From Eimeria praecox (lineage: Eukaryota): 64,000 bases of DNA. The stretch lies in the NCBI GenBank assembly GCA_963920595.1, contig OY986946.1:6324001-6388000 (forward strand), in the 5' to 3' direction. Position numbers and translations under genes: made by a program. The notes under the pieces are model-generated. The model saw only the letters and a program-made list of their open reading frames with translations, did not search any database and was not told the origin of the DNA. Positions 37,041-57,730 of the stretch are shown here, one piece after another; positions within the stretch are counted from its first letter, which is position 1, and every line of letters starts with the position of its first letter.

Positions 37041-37548
37041 GCAGCAGCAGAAGCCGAAGCAGAACAGAGGGTAGCTGCTAGCCCGGCCTCAGTATTGGTG
37101 TTTGTTGTAGTTGTTTTATTTGTTGTTTCTTCTTTATCTTTTTCTGAGTTTTGTTTATTTGTCTGTGAAAAATTTGTAGGAGAGTGTTGAGAAGAAGATG
37201 TTAATTGAGGTGTATCGACAGCTATCTCTCCTTGTAGATATAAACCTCTGTCTTGTTGTTTTTCTTCTTTATTATTATTCTTCTTCTTCAGTGTAGCATC
37301 TTCAACATCTTCTTGTCTCTCGGCCGTCTCCGCAGACAGTTCTGCTGCGTTTGTATTTATATTTATATTTATATTTGTATTTATATTTATATTTGTAATC
37401 GTATTTGTCTTCCTCAGTCTGCTTCTAGAAGAAGGAGTTGAACGCTGCGGTGTACGTACACTCGATGCATGCATATCTACTTGCTGCTGCTGCTCCTGCT
37501 GCTGTTTCGCCCCTCTGGCTGGAGTGCTGCTGGCGCTGTCTTGAAGTG

Positions 37549-37593
<45 letters not shown>

Positions 37594-37782
37594 GGCGACG
37601 GGGTGTCTGCGCAGGTGATGCTGCTGCAGCTAACTCTCTTCTTTTCGTTCGTATCGGAGTTTGATGGCGAAGACTAACAGGAGATGAAACAACCACATCC
37701 TTATGTCTGCTGCTGCTGCTGCTGCTACTACTGCTGCTGCTGCTGCTGCTTGTTGCACTGCTGCTATTGCTGCTTGTAGTAC

Positions 37783-37819
<37 letters not shown>

Positions 37820-39459
37820 ATTTTCTTTTAAATTTGCGTGTGTCTTGCGATTGTTTGCGAGTTTGTCTCTGAGGGTTTTAGGTATGAACGCATCATCTGC
37901 TGTTAACAGATCCCAGGGGCGATAGCCGAAGACTCCCTCAAGCTCCCTCCAATGTGCTGCTGCTGATGTCTGCTGCAGCGGGTCTTCGTTCCGTTGCACT
38001 GCAGCAGCTGCTGCTGCTGCTGATTCTGCTGCTGCTGTTGTGGGGTCGCGGGTGTCTGTACACCTCACCAAACCGTAACGAGACGCCAATGCCTTAATTG
38101 AAAAAAAAACAACACAAATAAAACAAATAATATAAATATAATAAATAAAATAAATAAAATATATATAATAAATAAAATACATAAAATACATAAAATAAAT
38201 AAAATAAATAACATACATAAAATACATAAAATACATAAAATAAATAAAATACGTAAAATAAATAAATAAAATAAGCAGAAAAGATATTAGCTGAGAACAT
38301 CCTACAGAATAAAATAAACAAAACAAACATAAAAAGAAAGAGAAAAAACAACAAAGATAAAAAACAAACAAAAGAAAAATAAAAAAATATAATAAATATA
38401 CATACACAGATAGAACAGCAGCAAGAAGCAGAAGCAGCAACAGCAGCAGCAACAACAGCGGCAACAGATTAAACAAATACAAAATATCTTAAATATAATA
38501 ACAGCAACAGCACATAGAACAGCAAAAGCAGCAGCAGCAGCAACAATAAAAGCAGCAGCAGCAACACTAACAGCAGCAGCAGCAGCAAGAATAGCAGCAG
38601 CAGCAGCAGCCAGAATAGCAGCAGCAGCCGCAGCAAGAATAACAGCATCAGCATCAGCAGCAAGAATAACAGCAGCAGCAGCAGCAGCAAGAATAACAAC
38701 AACAACAGCAGCAGCAGCAAGAATAACAACAACAACAGCAGCAGCAGCAATAATAACAACAACAGCAGCAGCAGCAGCAGCAAGAATAGCAGCAGCAGCA
38801 GCAGGTTTACTAGTTTGTGTGGCTCTGAGAGGAGTTTGTGTATGCGAGGAAGCTGACGAAGATACGCCTCTACAGCTTCTCGATATCTACCTTCTAGCTC
38901 TTTAGGGGGGTGTACATACACCACATCCTGTATATAAATAAAGACAAATAAAGACAGAGACAAGAAAGCAAATAATATAATTATATGATAGTTATAATTA
39001 TAATAATACAAAAACAGAGAAAGAAAGAATGAGGGAAGGTAAGTAAATGATAGAATAATTTATTAAAATAATATATTAAAATAATATATTAAAATAATAT
39101 ATTAAAATAATATATTAAGGTAATATATTAAGATAATATATTAAAATAATATATTAGAATAATCATAGTAATAAAGAAAAACAAAAGAAAAAACAAGCAA
39201 AACCCTCCACTAAAATAAAATAAAAAAAACAAAGACACAAGACAAACAATTCTAGTAAATACGCTAAATAGATGGATTTGATTTTAATTATTTATTTTAA
39301 TTATATTTAAATATAATTAAAATAAATAATTAAAAACAAACAACAAAGACATACGTGTCATACATTTTAATAAAATAAACAACACAATAATAATAATTTG
39401 ATGATAACAAATAATAAAAATAAGTAATAATAATAATAATAAACAAACAAACAAACAAA

Positions 39460-39510
<51 letters not shown>

Positions 39511-39738
39511 AGACAAAGACACGAGGTGCATGCCCCACAAATCGCGAGAAAGAAAATCCGTTAGCAGTAAATCGAAGAGCTTTGCAATGTTCTTCGCGGC
39601 AGGGATGATGGAATCGAGGGCTGAGATAAATAAATAAATAAATAAATAAATAATAAATAATAAATAATAAATAATAATTATAAATAAATAGTAATAAATA
39701 AATAAACAAATACAAAAAAAACGAAGAGATTGACACAA

Positions 39739-39784
<46 letters not shown>

Positions 39785-40353
39785 CAAATAAAAAACAAAT
39801 ATAAATAAATATAAACAGAAAGATATATTAACAAATATAATTAGAAAGGAGAGAAAAAGAGAATAAAAAGAATAAAATAAAAAGAAATATTCGAAGTTTC
39901 ACGGAAAATTAAGACAAACAAAGACAGAAAAAAACGAAAATGAAAAGCTGTATAAACAGCAGCAGCAGCAGCAGCTGCTGCTGCTGCTGCTGCTGCAGCT
40001 CGACAGCAGCAGCAGCAGATCAACAGCATCATCACCAACAACAGCAGCCTATCAACAGCAGCAGCAGCAACAACAGCAGCATATCAACAGCAGCAGCAGC
40101 AGCATATCTACAGCAGCAGCAGCAGCAGCATAGCAACAGCAGCAGCAGCATATCAACAGCAGCAGCAGCAGCAGCTAAAGATGAGTATGATGATTTTGAG
40201 GTTATGTTGATTGTTGATTTAATTATTTGCGGTGTATGTACATACCCTGTATGTGTGTTTCTTGCTAGTCTCTGTATGTCGGCCCAACGAAGCCTCAAAG
40301 CATTTCTTCTTGCTGTTTTCTTCTCGTGTCTCCGCTGCTCTTGCTGCTGCTGC

Positions 40354-40390
<37 letters not shown>

Positions 40391-41144
40391 CCTGCTGCAG
40401 CATATCAGGCTGCGGCATACCTAAAAAATAGAAAAATCAACATATAAATAATATAAATAATATAAATAATATAAATAATATAAATAATATAAATAATATA
40501 AATAATATAAATAATATAAATAATATAAATAATATAAATAATTTGAATAATTTAAGTAAATAATATAAACAATGTAAATAATATAAACAATATAAATAAT
40601 GTAATTAATATAAATAATATAAATAATATAAATAATATAAATAATATAAATAATATAAATAATATAAATAATATAAATAATATAAATAATATAAATAATA
40701 TAAATAATATAAATAAAAGAATATTTTTTATAGTCTAGCGTTTGTATATTTCTACTGTATATATTATTTGTATATATTATATGTATAATCTACCCGCAGC
40801 AGCAGGAAGAAGAGCAAAAAACCCTAAACCCTAAACCCTAAACCCTAAACCCTAAACCCTAAACCCTAAAACCTTAATTTTTTTTAAGAAACCCTAAACC
40901 CTAAATTTGAAACCCTAAACCCTAAACCCTAAACCCTAAACCCTAGACCCTAAACCCTGGTTATACCTTCACAAGAATTATTAGATTGTAAGGGTTTAGG
41001 GAGAGTAGACCTTCTAAGGGCAGCCCAGCCTCTGAATGAGGTGTCTGTACAGCTGCGGCTATAGCTGTAACTTTCATCATCAGAAAATAAATCTGCGGTG
41101 TATTGACAGCTATCAGCAGCAAAAGAAGAAGAAGCAGCAGATGA

Positions 41145-41179
<35 letters not shown>

Positions 41180-43622
41180 CTGCTGCTGTTGCTGCTGTTG
41201 CTGCTGCTGCAGTTGTTTCTGTCTTCGCCTCTAAAGCAGAAGTAGAAACTAAAAAACAAAAACACACATAAAACACTTTAGGTGTATGCACACCCCAATT
41301 TGCATACTTTACGTTTTTTTGTTTTTATTTAAATAAACAAATAAAATAAAAAAATAAAACAAAAATAAGAAGAAAAATATAAAGAAAAACAAAATAATTA
41401 TTCGTATTAGAATCGTACTAGGGTTTGTAATCATACTATCAACAAAATTATATTATTATTATTATTATTATTATTTTATTGTATTATAATAATATTATTA
41501 TATTATTGTTTGTTTTATTATTATTGTATTATTATTGTATTATTATTACTACTATTATATTATATTTTTATTATATTATCTTTGCTGTATTATGATTACT
41601 AATATTATAATTTTATTATTATCATATTATTGTTATTATACTATTATACTATTCTAATATTATTATGATATTATCATATTATTATTATATTATTATTGCA
41701 TAATTGTATTATTATAATATTATTATTACATTATTATTATTATAATATATTATTATTATTATATTATTATATTATTATACAATTATTACTCCTACTCTTT
41801 TTATTTTTTTACTAATTAGCTTTACTTCTTTTTACTATTACTAATACTATGAAATATTAACATACAAACAAAACATAATAACAAATATATCTATATTTAT
41901 ATCTATACCTATATAGATATATTTATATCTATGCCTATATATCTATATATCTATATATCTATATATCTATATAGATATATATCTATATAGACATATATCT
42001 ATATATTTATATAAAGATATATAGATATATATCTATATAGATATACATATCGCCCATATATCTTATCTATCTACATCTCTATATGTATATATATGTTAGA
42101 CAATAGCATTATATTTGTTGTTATAATTTATAATTTATAATTTAAAATATATTATTTATAATATATAATATATTGTTTATAATATATAATATATAATATA
42201 TAATATATAATATATAATATATAATATATAATATATAATATATAATATATAATATATAATATATAATATATAATATATAATATATAATATATAATATATA
42301 ATATATAATATATAATATATAATATATAATATATAATATATAATATATAATATATTTGTTTACTTTCTTTGTTTTTCATCTCCTGTATATCTCTTGGATC
42401 TACTTTACGATATTTAAACGAAGTTGTTCTCTCAATCAATCCACACTGCTCAGCCCGCAGCAGCAAATGCTGCAGCTGCAGCAGCAACACAGCAGCAGCA
42501 GCAGCAGCAGCAGATACAGCAGCAGCAGCAGATACAGCAGCAGCAGCAAATACAGCAGCAGCAGCAAATACAACAACACATGCAGCAGCAGCAAATGCCA
42601 CAGCAGCAGCAACAGAAGCATTTAACAACAGCAGCAGCAACAGCAGCAGCAGCAGCAGCAGCAGATACAGCAGCAGCAAGTTCAGCAAACGTGCGTAGAA
42701 AGAACATTAAATTATCTGCCGTCTTAGAATTAAAAAAAAATAAAAAAATAAATATATAAAATAAAAAACAAGAGAAGAGTAAAAATATAAAAATGCGAAA
42801 GTTATAAAATAGACAACTTCATAAAGACAGGGACTATACACGTACACCATAACACAAAACCCTAAACCCTAAACCCTAACCCCCAAACCCTAAACCCTAA
42901 CCCCCAAACCCTAAACCCTAACCCCCAAACCCTAAACCCTAACCCCCAAACCCTAAACCCTAACCCTCAAACCGCAAACCCTAACCCTCAAACCCTAAAC
43001 CCTAACCCCCAAACCCTAAACCCAAACCCCCAAACCCTAAACCCTAACCCTCAAACCCTAAACCCTAACCCTCAAACCCTAAACCCTAAACCCTAAACCC
43101 CAGAGATTTGAAGATAAAGTGGTGTGTGTCATACTTTTCTAAGTCCTCTCGGTTCTGCAATTCTAAGATGAAACATTTTATTTAATTTTTCTTCTTCTGT
43201 AATAAAAAATCTTTTATTATTTTCTAACCACGAAACAAAAACACGAAATGCTGTTTGCTGGTCGTTTAAACATTTTAATAAATTAGATAATATAACGCGA
43301 CGACTTCGAAGGTCTATCACACGCCTGCAGTCATAAATTAAAAAATAAAATAATAATAATAATAATAATATATAATATATAATATATAATATATAATATA
43401 TAATAAATAATATAATATAATATATAATAATGATAGTCTGTCTTTAGCTATATTTCTATGCCTTTTTCTTCTATTTTAAGTTCCTTTCCTGACTTTGTTT
43501 CTCTCTATGTTTCTGTGTGTATTGTGTTTGTTTAGATTAACTCGTAGTCTTTGTATTTGTTTATACTTATTTATATTTGTGTGTGTTTATTCTCTCTGTA
43601 TCTATTATCTCTCTCTCTCTCT

Positions 43623-43688
<66 letters not shown>

Positions 43689-45225
43689 TGACAAGTTAAG
43701 AAATTCTGTCTTGTATATTTTATTAGGATAATCAAGAAAAATTATTTCTTTCTCTTCTTTCGTTAAAGAAGTTAGATGACAGAATTGAGAGGAACGAGTA
43801 CTCTCACAATCGAAGGCGCTCGCAAATGTACGCTGTACATACAAATAAATAAAATTAATTTAAATATTTTAAATTAATTAATTAGGTTAAATTATATTAA
43901 AATATATTAAAAAATGCGAAAATATATACTAAAATAAATTTAAATACATTTAAAGTAAATAAAAATAAATAAAAATAAATAAAAATAAATAAGAATAAAT
44001 AAAAATAAATAAAAATAAATAAAAATAAAAATAAATAAAAATAAATAAGAATAAATAAGAATAAATAAAAATAAATAAAAATAAATAAAATAAATTTAAA
44101 TAAATTTAAAATGAATTAAAAAATTATATTTATTTTAATAACATTAAAACACAATCAATTAAATTACATAAATGTTAAATTAAATTATACCAAATTAAAG
44201 CAAAATTAAATTAAATTAAATTAAATTAAATTAAATTAAATTAAATTAAATTAAATTAAATTAAATTTTTATTTATTTAAAGTAAAACAAAATAAGATAA
44301 ATCATATTGCTGACATCGTTTTGCATCGAATCATAAATAGACAAAGACAAACAAATAAATAAATAATAAATAAAATAAACAATATAAATAAAATAAACAA
44401 TTGAAGATAAATAAAACAAACAACTAAAATAATAAAACAAATAAATTAAAATAAACAATTTAAAACAAATAAAACAGACAAGTTAAGATAAACAAAACAA
44501 ATAATTTAAAATAAAAATATAGCAACAAACAGCAACGCATCCAACATAAGCCTTAAGCCCTAGACCCTCGTAAACCCTAAACCCTAACCCTCTTAACACG
44601 AAACCCTAAACCCTCCTAAACCCTAAACCCTAGACCCTCGTAAACCCTAAACCATCGTAAACCCTAAACCCTAGGCTCTCTTAAACCCTAAACCCTTGTA
44701 AACCCTAACCCCTAAACCCTCGTAAACCCTAAACCCTAACCCCCAAACCCTCGTAAACCCTAAACCCTAACCCTAAACCCTCGTAAACCCTAAACCCTAA
44801 CCCCTAAACCCTCGTAAACCCTAAACCCTAACCCTAAACCCTCGTAACCCTAAACCCTAACCCTAACCCCTCTCGGCTTACCGTTCCTCCTCTTGTGAGT
44901 TCATCATCCCACAAAGCAATTTCTGCAATTCTTTCTTCTTCTGTGATATCTGTCAAAGCCCAAGCTCTCTCTTCTCTTATCCATCCTAAGCACCAATCTA
45001 AGGCCTTCTCAAAGTCTGCTGCTGCTGCTGCTGCTGCTGCTGTTCCTCCTCCTGCTCCTCCTCCTGCTGCTGCTGCTGCTCGAGGAGGAGAGAGAGAAGA
45101 GCGCTCGTCCTCATCACTCGTGGGCGCATCGCTAGACGAGGCTGAATATGTATTGCTGTCTGTTTCTGTATGACTGTCCTGAAAGTAATAAAATAAAAAT
45201 AAATAAATTAAATTAATAGGAAAAA

Positions 45226-45272
<47 letters not shown>

Positions 45273-45469
45273 AACTGAGAGACAGAGAAAATATGCAGGA
45301 AAGAGAAAATGAGCTGCCTATACACCCCAGATATACCTCGTCCATTGAAGATACACTCGAAGAAGACCACCTCATTTCGTTTTTCTTTCTTCTTTCTTCT
45401 TTTCTTCTTCTGCTGCTTTTAATAGAAGAAGAATTCAAAGACTTATCATCCTCAGCAGCAGCAGGAGAA

Positions 45470-45500
<31 letters not shown>

Positions 45501-46130
45501 GAGAAGCAGCAGCAGCAGTAGGAGAAGCAGCAGCAGCAGTAGGAGAAGCAGCAGCAGCAGTATCTCTTCGGTGTCTCAGCCGTAAACGATGAACACGGGG
45601 AGAAGGCGTCCTAGGCTCCTCATGCTGCTCCTGCTGTTCTTGCTGTTCCTGCTGCTGCTGCTGCTGCTCTTGCTGCTGCTGCTGCTGTTGCTGTTGCTGC
45701 TGCTGTGTGTCTTCATCTCCTTTCAGGTGTACAGGCAGCTGGCCACGTTCAGGTGAAGAGAGGAGGCGAGATTGTTGTGAGGTTTGTTGTTGATTTTCGG
45801 GTGTATCGACAGCTGCAGTGTCTGGAGAGCCCGCAGATGCAGATACACCTGCATCTTCATCTTCACTATTGATTCGTTTTCGTAGACGTCCTCTTCTGAA
45901 GAAGAAGCAACAGCAGCGACAACACGAAAGTATATCTTAAAGGATCTCTAACAGCCTCCTTCTCCTTTGTTCTTTCCTGCCTGAAAAGATGCTCCTAATC
46001 CAAAGAAATTCAAGTGTATATACACCCCAAAACACGCACACACACACACACAGACACACATACATACATACGTTGCAGACGCTCACCGCCTAGCAATTAG
46101 AGGTGATGCTGCAGGGGCTCCTTCCTCCAT
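33428..46130 (-). CDS. Large multi-exon low-complexity protein with an acidic C-terminal region resembling the Mrc1/Claspin domain; may be more than one gene
   Basis: Exon 1 '[14 protein letters not shown]' splices in frame to '[15 protein letters not shown]'. A chain of GT-AG-bounded exons follows, ending '...QKPKS*' at 33428. C-terminal exons read '[12 protein letters not shown]', 'DEDFLEDLV...[18 protein letters not shown]', '[11 protein letters not shown]'. The family call is tentative. Confidence 0.55.
40819..40958 (-). repeat. Interstitial telomere-like (TTTAGGG)n tract, intronic
   Basis: (AAACCCT)n on the + strand. Confidence 0.95.
42857..43100 (-). repeat. Interstitial telomere-like tract with variant units (AACCCCC/AACCCTC), about 21-nt higher-order period
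   Basis: Repeating AAACCCTAAACCCTAACCCCC on the + strand. Confidence 0.93.
44555..44870 (-). repeat. Interstitial telomere-like tract with CCCTCGTAAA variant units
   Basis: AAACCCT interspersed with AAACCCTCGT on the + strand. Confidence 0.93.
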
Positions 46131-46799
46131 TTTCTCCTTCAATCGAAGAAGAATGGCCGCAAGATAAGGCGGCCTGAATTAGACTTCCATAATAAACTGA
46201 AAAAGTAAAGAATTAAAGGAGAAAACAGAGAAGGAAGGGGAAAAAAAGACAGGCAAATACAGAAGATGAGATGATATGACAGAGTGCCTACGACATGCCG
46301 TTGTGACTTCAGGAGAGAGAAATTACAAAATGAAATTGTTATATATATATAAATTAAGAGATGAATCGTAATGTAAGAAGAATATAATCTATCAATTCAA
46401 TAAACTATGCTCGTCTACCTCCTCCCTCCCTAGAACACAAGACGATGAAGATGGCTGGCAGTACTGCCGCCTGTCTGTGGCAAGATGTGAGGCAAATATT
46501 AAACAAAAGATATGAAATATGAAGCATTAAGCTCAAAACAAAAGCGTTTTCCCGCATATTCATCTGAGGTGTACTTACAGTTACTACTGGCGGGGGGAGT
46601 GAGTTGGTGTTTATAACATCGGGTCGGAAACCTCGTCTTAATTGGGACTGGGGCCCCACGGCTATGCATGCGGTAGATATTAACAAACATTACTATCATT
46701 TTCTTCTTTATTTAAACAAAAATTTACGTATTTTCCTCTGCTTTCTTCATACTAACGATGATCGGGTGCTGCCTATACACCCGACGGTGACGGCGATGC

Positions 46800-48101
46800 T
46801 TGGACGCGGGCGCTGCGTTCTGCATTTGCTGCCACTTCATTTTAGATATTTTAGAGTATAATTGTGTTTTTTTGTGTATTTTCGACATGTTTAAATCATC
46901 TTTTACAGCATCTATCGCAGGCTTTCCCTCTCGCGTGATTATCCGCAGAGGAGAGGCAATAAAGAAGAAAGTCAGAGTGCAGGGTTTCGGGTTTCCCGTC
47001 GTTGAAGCGACAGCTACATGTAGATTAAGTTCATCTTTCTGCTGTTTATCTGCCTGTTTTTGTTGTTTATTTTGTCGTTTATCTACAATAGAGTCCCGAA
47101 TATCAGGTTTTGGAGCCTCATTTTCTTCATGGTTTCCACTCACAGCTCAATATCATCACTCTGCACGTTTGCAGCGTTTCTTCACAAATCGCTATCATAA
47201 GAAGATATGTCCGCAGTGTATGCAAAGTAATATATTGCCTGCTTCACGATGTTGCTGGTGTGGAAAGCTGTTGTCTGATTTAGACATTCAAAGTATAGCG
47301 CGAGATCCTGTATTGGAGTTGGTGTTAAGCCGAGGGCCTCATCACGATAAATCTGAGGCTTTAGAGGAGAAGATTGCTGCTTTGCATGCATGCAGAAGAG
47401 AAGAAAATCAAAAGAAAGACCTTGGAGAGATATTAAATGATATGCCTCAACCTTTAATAAATTTACCGGGTGTACGTTGGCGTTATGTTGAATTATTTCG
47501 CTCTTTCCACTTTTTGATAGCAGCAAATTTAATTTCTTTTGCTGCTATTCATCTAATTGCTGTCCCGAAGATTTCTATATATGATTTAAAACAAATAAGA
47601 AAAACACATCTTCCTCTATTACAGACGATGAAGACAAAGACAGAAGCCTTCCTAGATATACTTATTGAACTGCAGCTGCAGCTGCAGCAGCAACAGCAGC
47701 AGCAGCAGCAGCAGCAGTTGAAGCAGCAGCAGCAGCAGCAGCGGCAGGTGAAGCCACAGCAGCAGGAGGAGATAGCGAAAGTGTCTGTGACTGATGAAGA
47801 GAGAAGAGAGAAAGAAGAGAATAAGAAGATACATAAGAAGAGAAATAAAGAAGAAGAAGACAGCAACAAAACAACAAATAAAAAACAATTAATGAAAACA
47901 ACAATCTTTGGCTTCAACTACCCTGCAGTGTCTCGACAGCTTTGTATGCATGCGCTTCTCCCACCCTTCTCTAATTTTTATTTCTTTCAATCTCCATATT
48001 TTTATGAATTTAACAAAATTATACAAGATGTACAAAACTGCGGAAGTGTACAGGTCTTCGCACCCGCATCATTCCTCAGGTATCTACGATCTAGGGTTTA
48101 G
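46800..48101 (+). CDS. HIT-fold (DcpS_C/HINT3/aprataxin-like) protein with an N-terminal CxxC..CxxC zinc ribbon and a polyQ insert; true ends uncertain
   Basis: 'ICPQC..RCCWCG', 'AAIHLIAVPKISIYDLKQI...HLPLLQTM', 'IFGFNYP..QLCMHALLPP', 'KIIQDV...GSV'. The first ~115 codons of the ORF look intronic or non-coding (possible acceptor near 47145), and there is a possible donor near 48080. Confidence 0.65.
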   Translation: MDAGAAFCICCHFILDILEYNCVFLCIFDMFKSSFTASIAGFPSRVIIRRGEAIKKKVRVQGFGFPVVEATATCRLSSSFCCLSACFCCLFCRLSTIESRISGFGASFSSWFPLTAQYHHSARLQRFFTNRYHKKICPQCMQSNILPASRCCWCGKLLSDLDIQSIARDPVLELVLSRGPHHDKSEALEEKIAALHACRREENQKKDLGEILNDMPQPLINLPGVRWRYVELFRSFHFLIAANLISFAAIHLIAVPKISIYDLKQIRKTHLPLLQTMKTKTEAFLDILIELQLQLQQQQQQQQQQQLKQQQQQQRQVKPQQQEEIAKVSVTDEERREKEENKKIHKKRNKEEEDSNKTTNKKQLMKTTIFGFNYPAVSRQLCMHALLPPFSNFYFFQSPYFYEFNKIIQDVQNCGSVQVFAPASFLRYLRSRV

Positions 48102-48135
48102 GGTTTAGGGTTTAGGGTTTAGGGTTTAGGGTTTA
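48092..48135 (+). repeat. Interstitial (TTTAGGG)n tract
   Basis: Direct reading. Confidence 0.95.
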
Positions 48136-48899
48136 ATGCTGTTGATGGAGGAGGTTGGAGTTGTAGTTTTGGGGTGTACGTACAGCTGTTATTTAGAGTG
48201 TTTTGCTTTTTGTTTGTTAAATGTTCAAAGACTTAAAATATATTTGTTTTTGCATTAAATTAATTAATTAAACTTCAACAAAATTAATTAATTAAATGTC
48301 TGTCTATGCAAATTGTGTTTGACGCAGTGAAGAAGAAGACTGGGGTGTACAGACAGCTCAAGATAGCGATGCACGTGCTCGTAGTTTATTACATTTACCT
48401 TCTCGTACAGAAAATCTTGAATAAAATTTCTATTTTATATTTTATTTATTTAGTTTGAAGAAATTAAATACTTATTTGTTTATTTAAATCTTAAATAAAC
48501 AACTTTTCTAGTTTATTGCTTCATCAAACGACTCTCGGGTGTCTGTGCACCTCAACAACTCTCTTTGTTTGTTTGTCTGTTAGTTAACAAACAAATAAAC
48601 AACAAATTCAACAAACAGAAGCGGCTAACAGCTGCTGCTGCTGCAGCAGCAGCAGCACCTGCAGGAGCAGCAGCAGCAGCTGCTGCTGCTGCTGCAGCTG
48701 TTTCGGGTGTATATGCACTACCTGCATCCCCCTTACTGTTTTTTTAATTTTTTTGTTTTAAACTGACAAATAAAACTTAAAAGCTTCCTTTGCCTCTCTC
48801 TCGGGTGTACATACAGCCCAAAGGATGACAAAGCAAACCAAACAGGAAAAAGAAATCAGGCATCACGCATCTCCCTGCTTGTTAGGGCCACTTAATTCC

Positions 48900-48963
48900 T
48901 AGGGTTTAGGGTTTAGGGTTTAGGGTTTAGGGTTTAGGGTTTAGGGTTTAGGGTTTAGGGTTT
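48900..48963 (+). repeat. Interstitial (TTTAGGG)n tract
   Basis: Direct reading. Confidence 0.95.
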
Positions 48964-49700
48964 GGGAAGCTCTTTGCTACATTTGAAGAAGAAACAAAAG
49001 AAAACAAAAGAAGTTCGGCTGTACACTGTACACCTGAAGCTCCCTGTGCTGCCAGCTGCGCCAGCAACCCCTTGCTGCTGCTGCTGCTGCTGCTACTGGT
49101 GCTGCTGCTGCTGCTGCAGCAGCAGCAGCTGCTGCTGCTGCTTTTGCTGCAGCACGGGGTCCACAGGCCTTCATTTAACGTCCAGCAGCATTTTCTTAAG
49201 CGGCTGTCGTTCTGTATGAAGGCGAGCGATCTAAATCAATATGTTTATAATATATACATATATATATAATAAAATAATATAATAAAATAATAATATAATA
49301 ATAAAATAATAATAATATAATAATGTAATAATACAATATTGATGTTATAATGTTCTATGAATTGCAGCAGTGGAGAGGCGGGAGGGAAGAAATAGAAGAA
49401 TAAAAGACAAACAAACAAACAAAGAAGAAGATAAACAAACAAACAAAGAAGATAAACAAACAAACAAACAAAGAAAAGAAGAATCAAACAAAATAAATAA
49501 TTGTAGGAGAAAACCAAAAAAAAGAAAAAGAAAAGAAGAAGAAATTAAACAAATATCTTCTTCTTTCTTCTTGTTGTGTTTTGTATAAACTAAATAAACA
49601 ATATTACTCCACCATCATATCCCTGAGTTTATATTCTAGACTTTATTATAATACTAATATATACACACAATATATATAAATATATCTATCAAATATAAAC

Positions 49701-49767
<67 letters not shown>

Positions 49768-49770
49768 CTC

Positions 49771-56367
<6,597 letters not shown>

Positions 56368-57627
56368 CCCCGCCGGATGAGAAGGGGGGAGAAATATAAA
56401 GAGGGAGCAGCGAGGGAAGAAAACAAAGAAAAGAAGAACTTCAAACCGAGATAACAAGAAGTGACCTTGAAATAAGCAGGGCTTCTACCCTGCAGAAGGG
56501 CTAATGCCGCCGAGTTTCTGCTGTATCGTCAAGAAGGAAGAAACACGAGAGATGCTAACCGAGCAGTCCTCTGTTTGTAGACAAACAGGGGGAAATACAC
56601 GAATCCTTCCCATGACGATCTGTCGGCTTAGGCTACATTTCAGGACGAGAAATTCAAAGAGGGAAGGACTCGTGTAAGTAAGTATGGAAGAGAAAGCCCC
56701 AATTCTGCAGAGTAGATCTAAAGAAACATACAAGTTGCACGTCGTAACCGCAATGGAAGATTGGGGTGTACAGACGCCCGAGCGGCATGTAGCATAGAAA
56801 GCTGAGGGGAAAAGGGTCTAGACAATCGTTTTTTCTCTTTTATGCACTTCTATTGGAGATAAATTTCAGTATTAAGTCCAAAAAACCCTGAGATCGCAGA
56901 TTTATTTGCATCTTTACTTCTATCGATGTCGGTTGCTACAGCCACAAGCTCCCCTGGCCCCCCCCTTGCGCGAGCATGAAGGCTGTCAGCTTTCCTGCAT
57001 TAGAAGTAGTTTTTTTGCAGATCTCTGCTATATTTTTGTGATTTAAAGTTTTATAAAACAACAGGAAAACTCAGGAGAAGAAAAAAGTTTAATTTGATTC
57101 TTCGTGTTTTCCCCCTCCGGTCCACTTCGGCTAGCCAAGCATTTCAGGGGCCGGTCCGCATTTGAAAACATGAAATAGAGCAACGAGATGTTTGCTTTGG
57201 GGCTTTTTCCTTCAAGACAATTTCCTTTGTAAGTTTATCTTCCCCTTATTAACTTCATTTCACTCATTTTCTGCTTCTCCAGAGGCCTTAGGACTTGTAC
57301 CTGAGCCTCGCCTTGGCTCGATCCCGCTGCTGTTTTCTTATTTTGCTGTTTTGTCTGTTCTTTTCCCTCCTTCCTCTCTCTTTTAATCTCATTTTTCTAT
57401 TTAAGAGCTTATAAAGCGCGAGCAGTTCCTCTGCGGTGCCGCACTAAGTCTTCTTCATCTCCTCTCTCTCTCTTGACGTTCTACCCTCTCTTGTTCTTTT
57501 TCTTCTTTCTTCTTTCTTTGTTTGTTCATCAAATTCATAACACAGCGGGGACTGTAAATCCCTCGAGCTGCAAATGTGTTGCTAAGAAGCAGCAAACAGC
57601 CCCGCCGTCTCCTCAGGCGTGAACTGC

Positions 57628-57661
<34 letters not shown>

Positions 57662-57730
57662 TACTACTACTGCTGCTGTTGTAGGTGTTGCTCCTGGTGC
57701 TGGGATTGTGTATTGTTGTAGCTGCAGAAG

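Noticed and set aside
38100..38482. Hydrophobic N-terminus of the 812-aa ORF, resembling transmembrane helices
   Set aside because: AT-rich intron sequence. The exon begins near 38093 after a TTAAG acceptor.
46724..47143. 139-aa minus-strand ORF
   Set aside because: Antisense to the HIT-like locus, low complexity, no motif.
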